This document shows, piece after piece, positions 24,250 through 25,504 of a stretch of 25,504 nucleotides of DNA. Made by a program: the position numbers and the translations under genes. The stretch is from a virus (lineage: Duplodnaviria; Caudoviricetes): positions 1 through 25,504 of the IMG/VR virus record IMGVR_UViG_3300024518_001704; one strand, written 5' to 3'. Numbering within the stretch: position 1 is the first letter of the stretch; each line of letters begins with the position of its first letter. Below the pieces are notes generated by a model. That model had not been told where the DNA came from. It was given only the letters and a program-made list of their open reading frames with translations, and made no database searches.

Positions 24250-24258
24250 TGATATAAT
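24250..24258 (+). promoter_or_regulatory. extended -10 promoter TGATATAAT preceded by tandem TTAATAGCA x2 (24232-24249)
   Basis: Perfect TGn-TATAAT, 9 nt before the ATG at 24268. Confidence 0.5.
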
Positions 24259-24267
24259 ACATACAAT

Positions 24268-25098
24268 ATGCCAACTAATTTACAAAAAAAACAAAATCTA
24301 CTTGATACCGAAAAGGTAGACAAAAAAGTAGAACAAGACCCTAAGTTAAGGAGCCTTCGTCGTGTAGAGGATATTCTGAATCTTGTAACTGAATCTTTAA
24401 CTAGAGATGAGTTTGTTGCTTCATTTGAAAAGGTAGTTAATTTTGTAAAGAAGATAAAGGAAGCCAATGATAGAGCCATTTTAAACCTAGAGAATGATAT
24501 TCAAACAAAACTAGCTGACAGTGCGTTTGCATTGCGTGAAGACCATAAAGAGATTTTTGATGATACAAAAGCTTTAATTAAAGAAGAAGCAGATAAGGCA
24601 TTTGAAGAACAATCAAGTTCACTTAATTTCATAAGAGACAAAATACGAAGTATAAAAGATGGTAAAGATGGTGAAGATGGTAAAGACGCTGATGAAGATT
24701 CAATAGTAGAGAAACTAAAAGTACTTATACCAGAACAGTATCAATTACCACAAGACCTTATTGACCAAATAGAAGCATTAGAAAAAGACCACGATGCATT
24801 TAAGAAAGAACTAGAAGGACTAAGAAAGAGAGGTAAGTTAGGTGGAGGAGGAACATCAGACGCTTCAGTTAAGTTCTCACTTGGAAGAGTGATACAGAAA
24901 GAAACACCAAGTGGATTGATAAACAGTTCAAACAAAATTTACACAACAAAAGGAACTATCAACTCAGTCCTATCACTGGTGATAAACGGACAGAACATCA
25001 CCGACGACGAATATACAGTCACAGGTAAAGGGTTCACAATGACCAACGCCTTAGACGAATCATTATCAGGTACAAGTTACAGAATTTGCTATGTTTAA
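24268..25098 (+). CDS. coiled-coil protein with a KDGKDGEDGKD segment, Gly linker and small C-terminal beta domain, 276 aa
   Basis: ORF track; domain layout read from the sequence. Confidence 0.75.
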   Translation: MPTNLQKKQNLLDTEKVDKKVEQDPKLRSLRRVEDILNLVTESLTRDEFVASFEKVVNFVKKIKEANDRAILNLENDIQTKLADSAFALREDHKEIFDDTKALIKEEADKAFEEQSSSLNFIRDKIRSIKDGKDGEDGKDADEDSIVEKLKVLIPEQYQLPQDLIDQIEALEKDHDAFKKELEGLRKRGKLGGGGTSDASVKFSLGRVIQKETPSGLINSSNKIYTTKGTINSVLSLVINGQNITDDEYTVTGKGFTMTNALDESLSGTSYRICYV

Positions 25099-25504
25099 CA
25101 CAATAATAACAGGACTAATAGGACTATCTCTCGTAATGGGATTTATAAGTGTGCATGACATAAGACAGGATAATCTTGCAGAAGAAAGTCTTGGTCTTGC
25201 TATATCTCTTCCATATCAAGGAGGTACAGGAACTTCAACAAAACCATCAGCAGACCAGATTCTAATTGGTGGAGACACAGCAAACAAATACGATGTTAAA
25301 ACTCTTACAGCTGGAACTAACATAACAATCGCCACATCAAGTGGAGCAATAACTATCTCAGGTACAGGAGGCGGTGGAGGTGGAGGTGGAACAGGAACAG
25401 TAGGAACATCAACATCAGAAACAGCAGGAGGTGTACCATATTGGACATCAACTTCTGGAACACCAGCTCTTTTAGGAGAAGTAGCTAGTACATCAATCGC
25501 AGCA
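25091..25504 (+). CDS. partial tail-fibre-like protein with an N-terminal hydrophobic anchor (runs off the window)
   Basis: Manual translation MFNTIITGLIGLSLVMGFISVHDIRQDNLAEESLGLAISLPYQGGTGTSTKPS...; 138 open codons; GGTG fibre motif and poly-Gly. Confidence 0.75.
   Translation, partial: MFNTIITGLIGLSLVMGFISVHDIRQDNLAEESLGLAISLPYQGGTGTSTKPSADQILIGGDTANKYDVKTLTAGTNITIATSSGAITISGTGGGGGGGGTGTVGTSTSETAGGVPYWTSTSGTPALLGEVASTSIAA

Noticed and set aside
5740-24935. Numerous minus-strand ORFs (and 7302..7493 on +) nested in the rightward genes
   Set aside because: Antisense or out-of-frame shadows of long motif-bearing genes, with no independent signals
1-25504. Stop-codon reassignment (code 15 or 25)
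   Set aside because: Long genes are intact in code 11, and TAG and TGA end genes at positions consistent with neighbouring starts (e.g. 7920, 8238, 8390, 11657, 13252)
15687-25504. Diversity-generating retroelement targeting the fibre genes
   Set aside because: No reverse transcriptase and no template/variable repeat pair with adenine-specific mismatches was seen

Overview
A 25.5-kb, AT-rich segment of a tailed dsDNA phage or prophage genome with podovirus-like gene order, read with standard code 11 (TAA, TAG and TGA all act as stops). Positions 1-5615 are a leftward, densely packed array of about 25 mostly tiny genes. Many are missed by the supplied ORF track; they include six Cys-rich microproteins, a beta-class amino DNA methyltransferase and an HExxH protein. 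Positions 5660-6400 are a divergent control region with sigma70-type promoters, operator-like repeats, a DnaA box, a probably leaderless 87-aa gene, a bidirectional terminator and a candidate ~105-nt structured small RNA. From 6405 to the end is a rightward morphogenesis operon: terS, terL, portal, two membrane-anchored proteins, scaffold, major capsid, two tandem GT-A glycosyltransferases, adaptor and tail proteins, ejection proteins (the largest is 1479 aa with a C-terminal HNH-like domain) and the start of a membrane-anchored fibre. Genes almost entirely lack Shine-Dalgarno motifs and are often joined by TAA-T-ATG junctions. With TTGACA/TATAAT-type promoters, this suggests a Patescibacteria (CPR)-like host (inference). 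Product names come from motif recognition and synteny only; no database searches were run.
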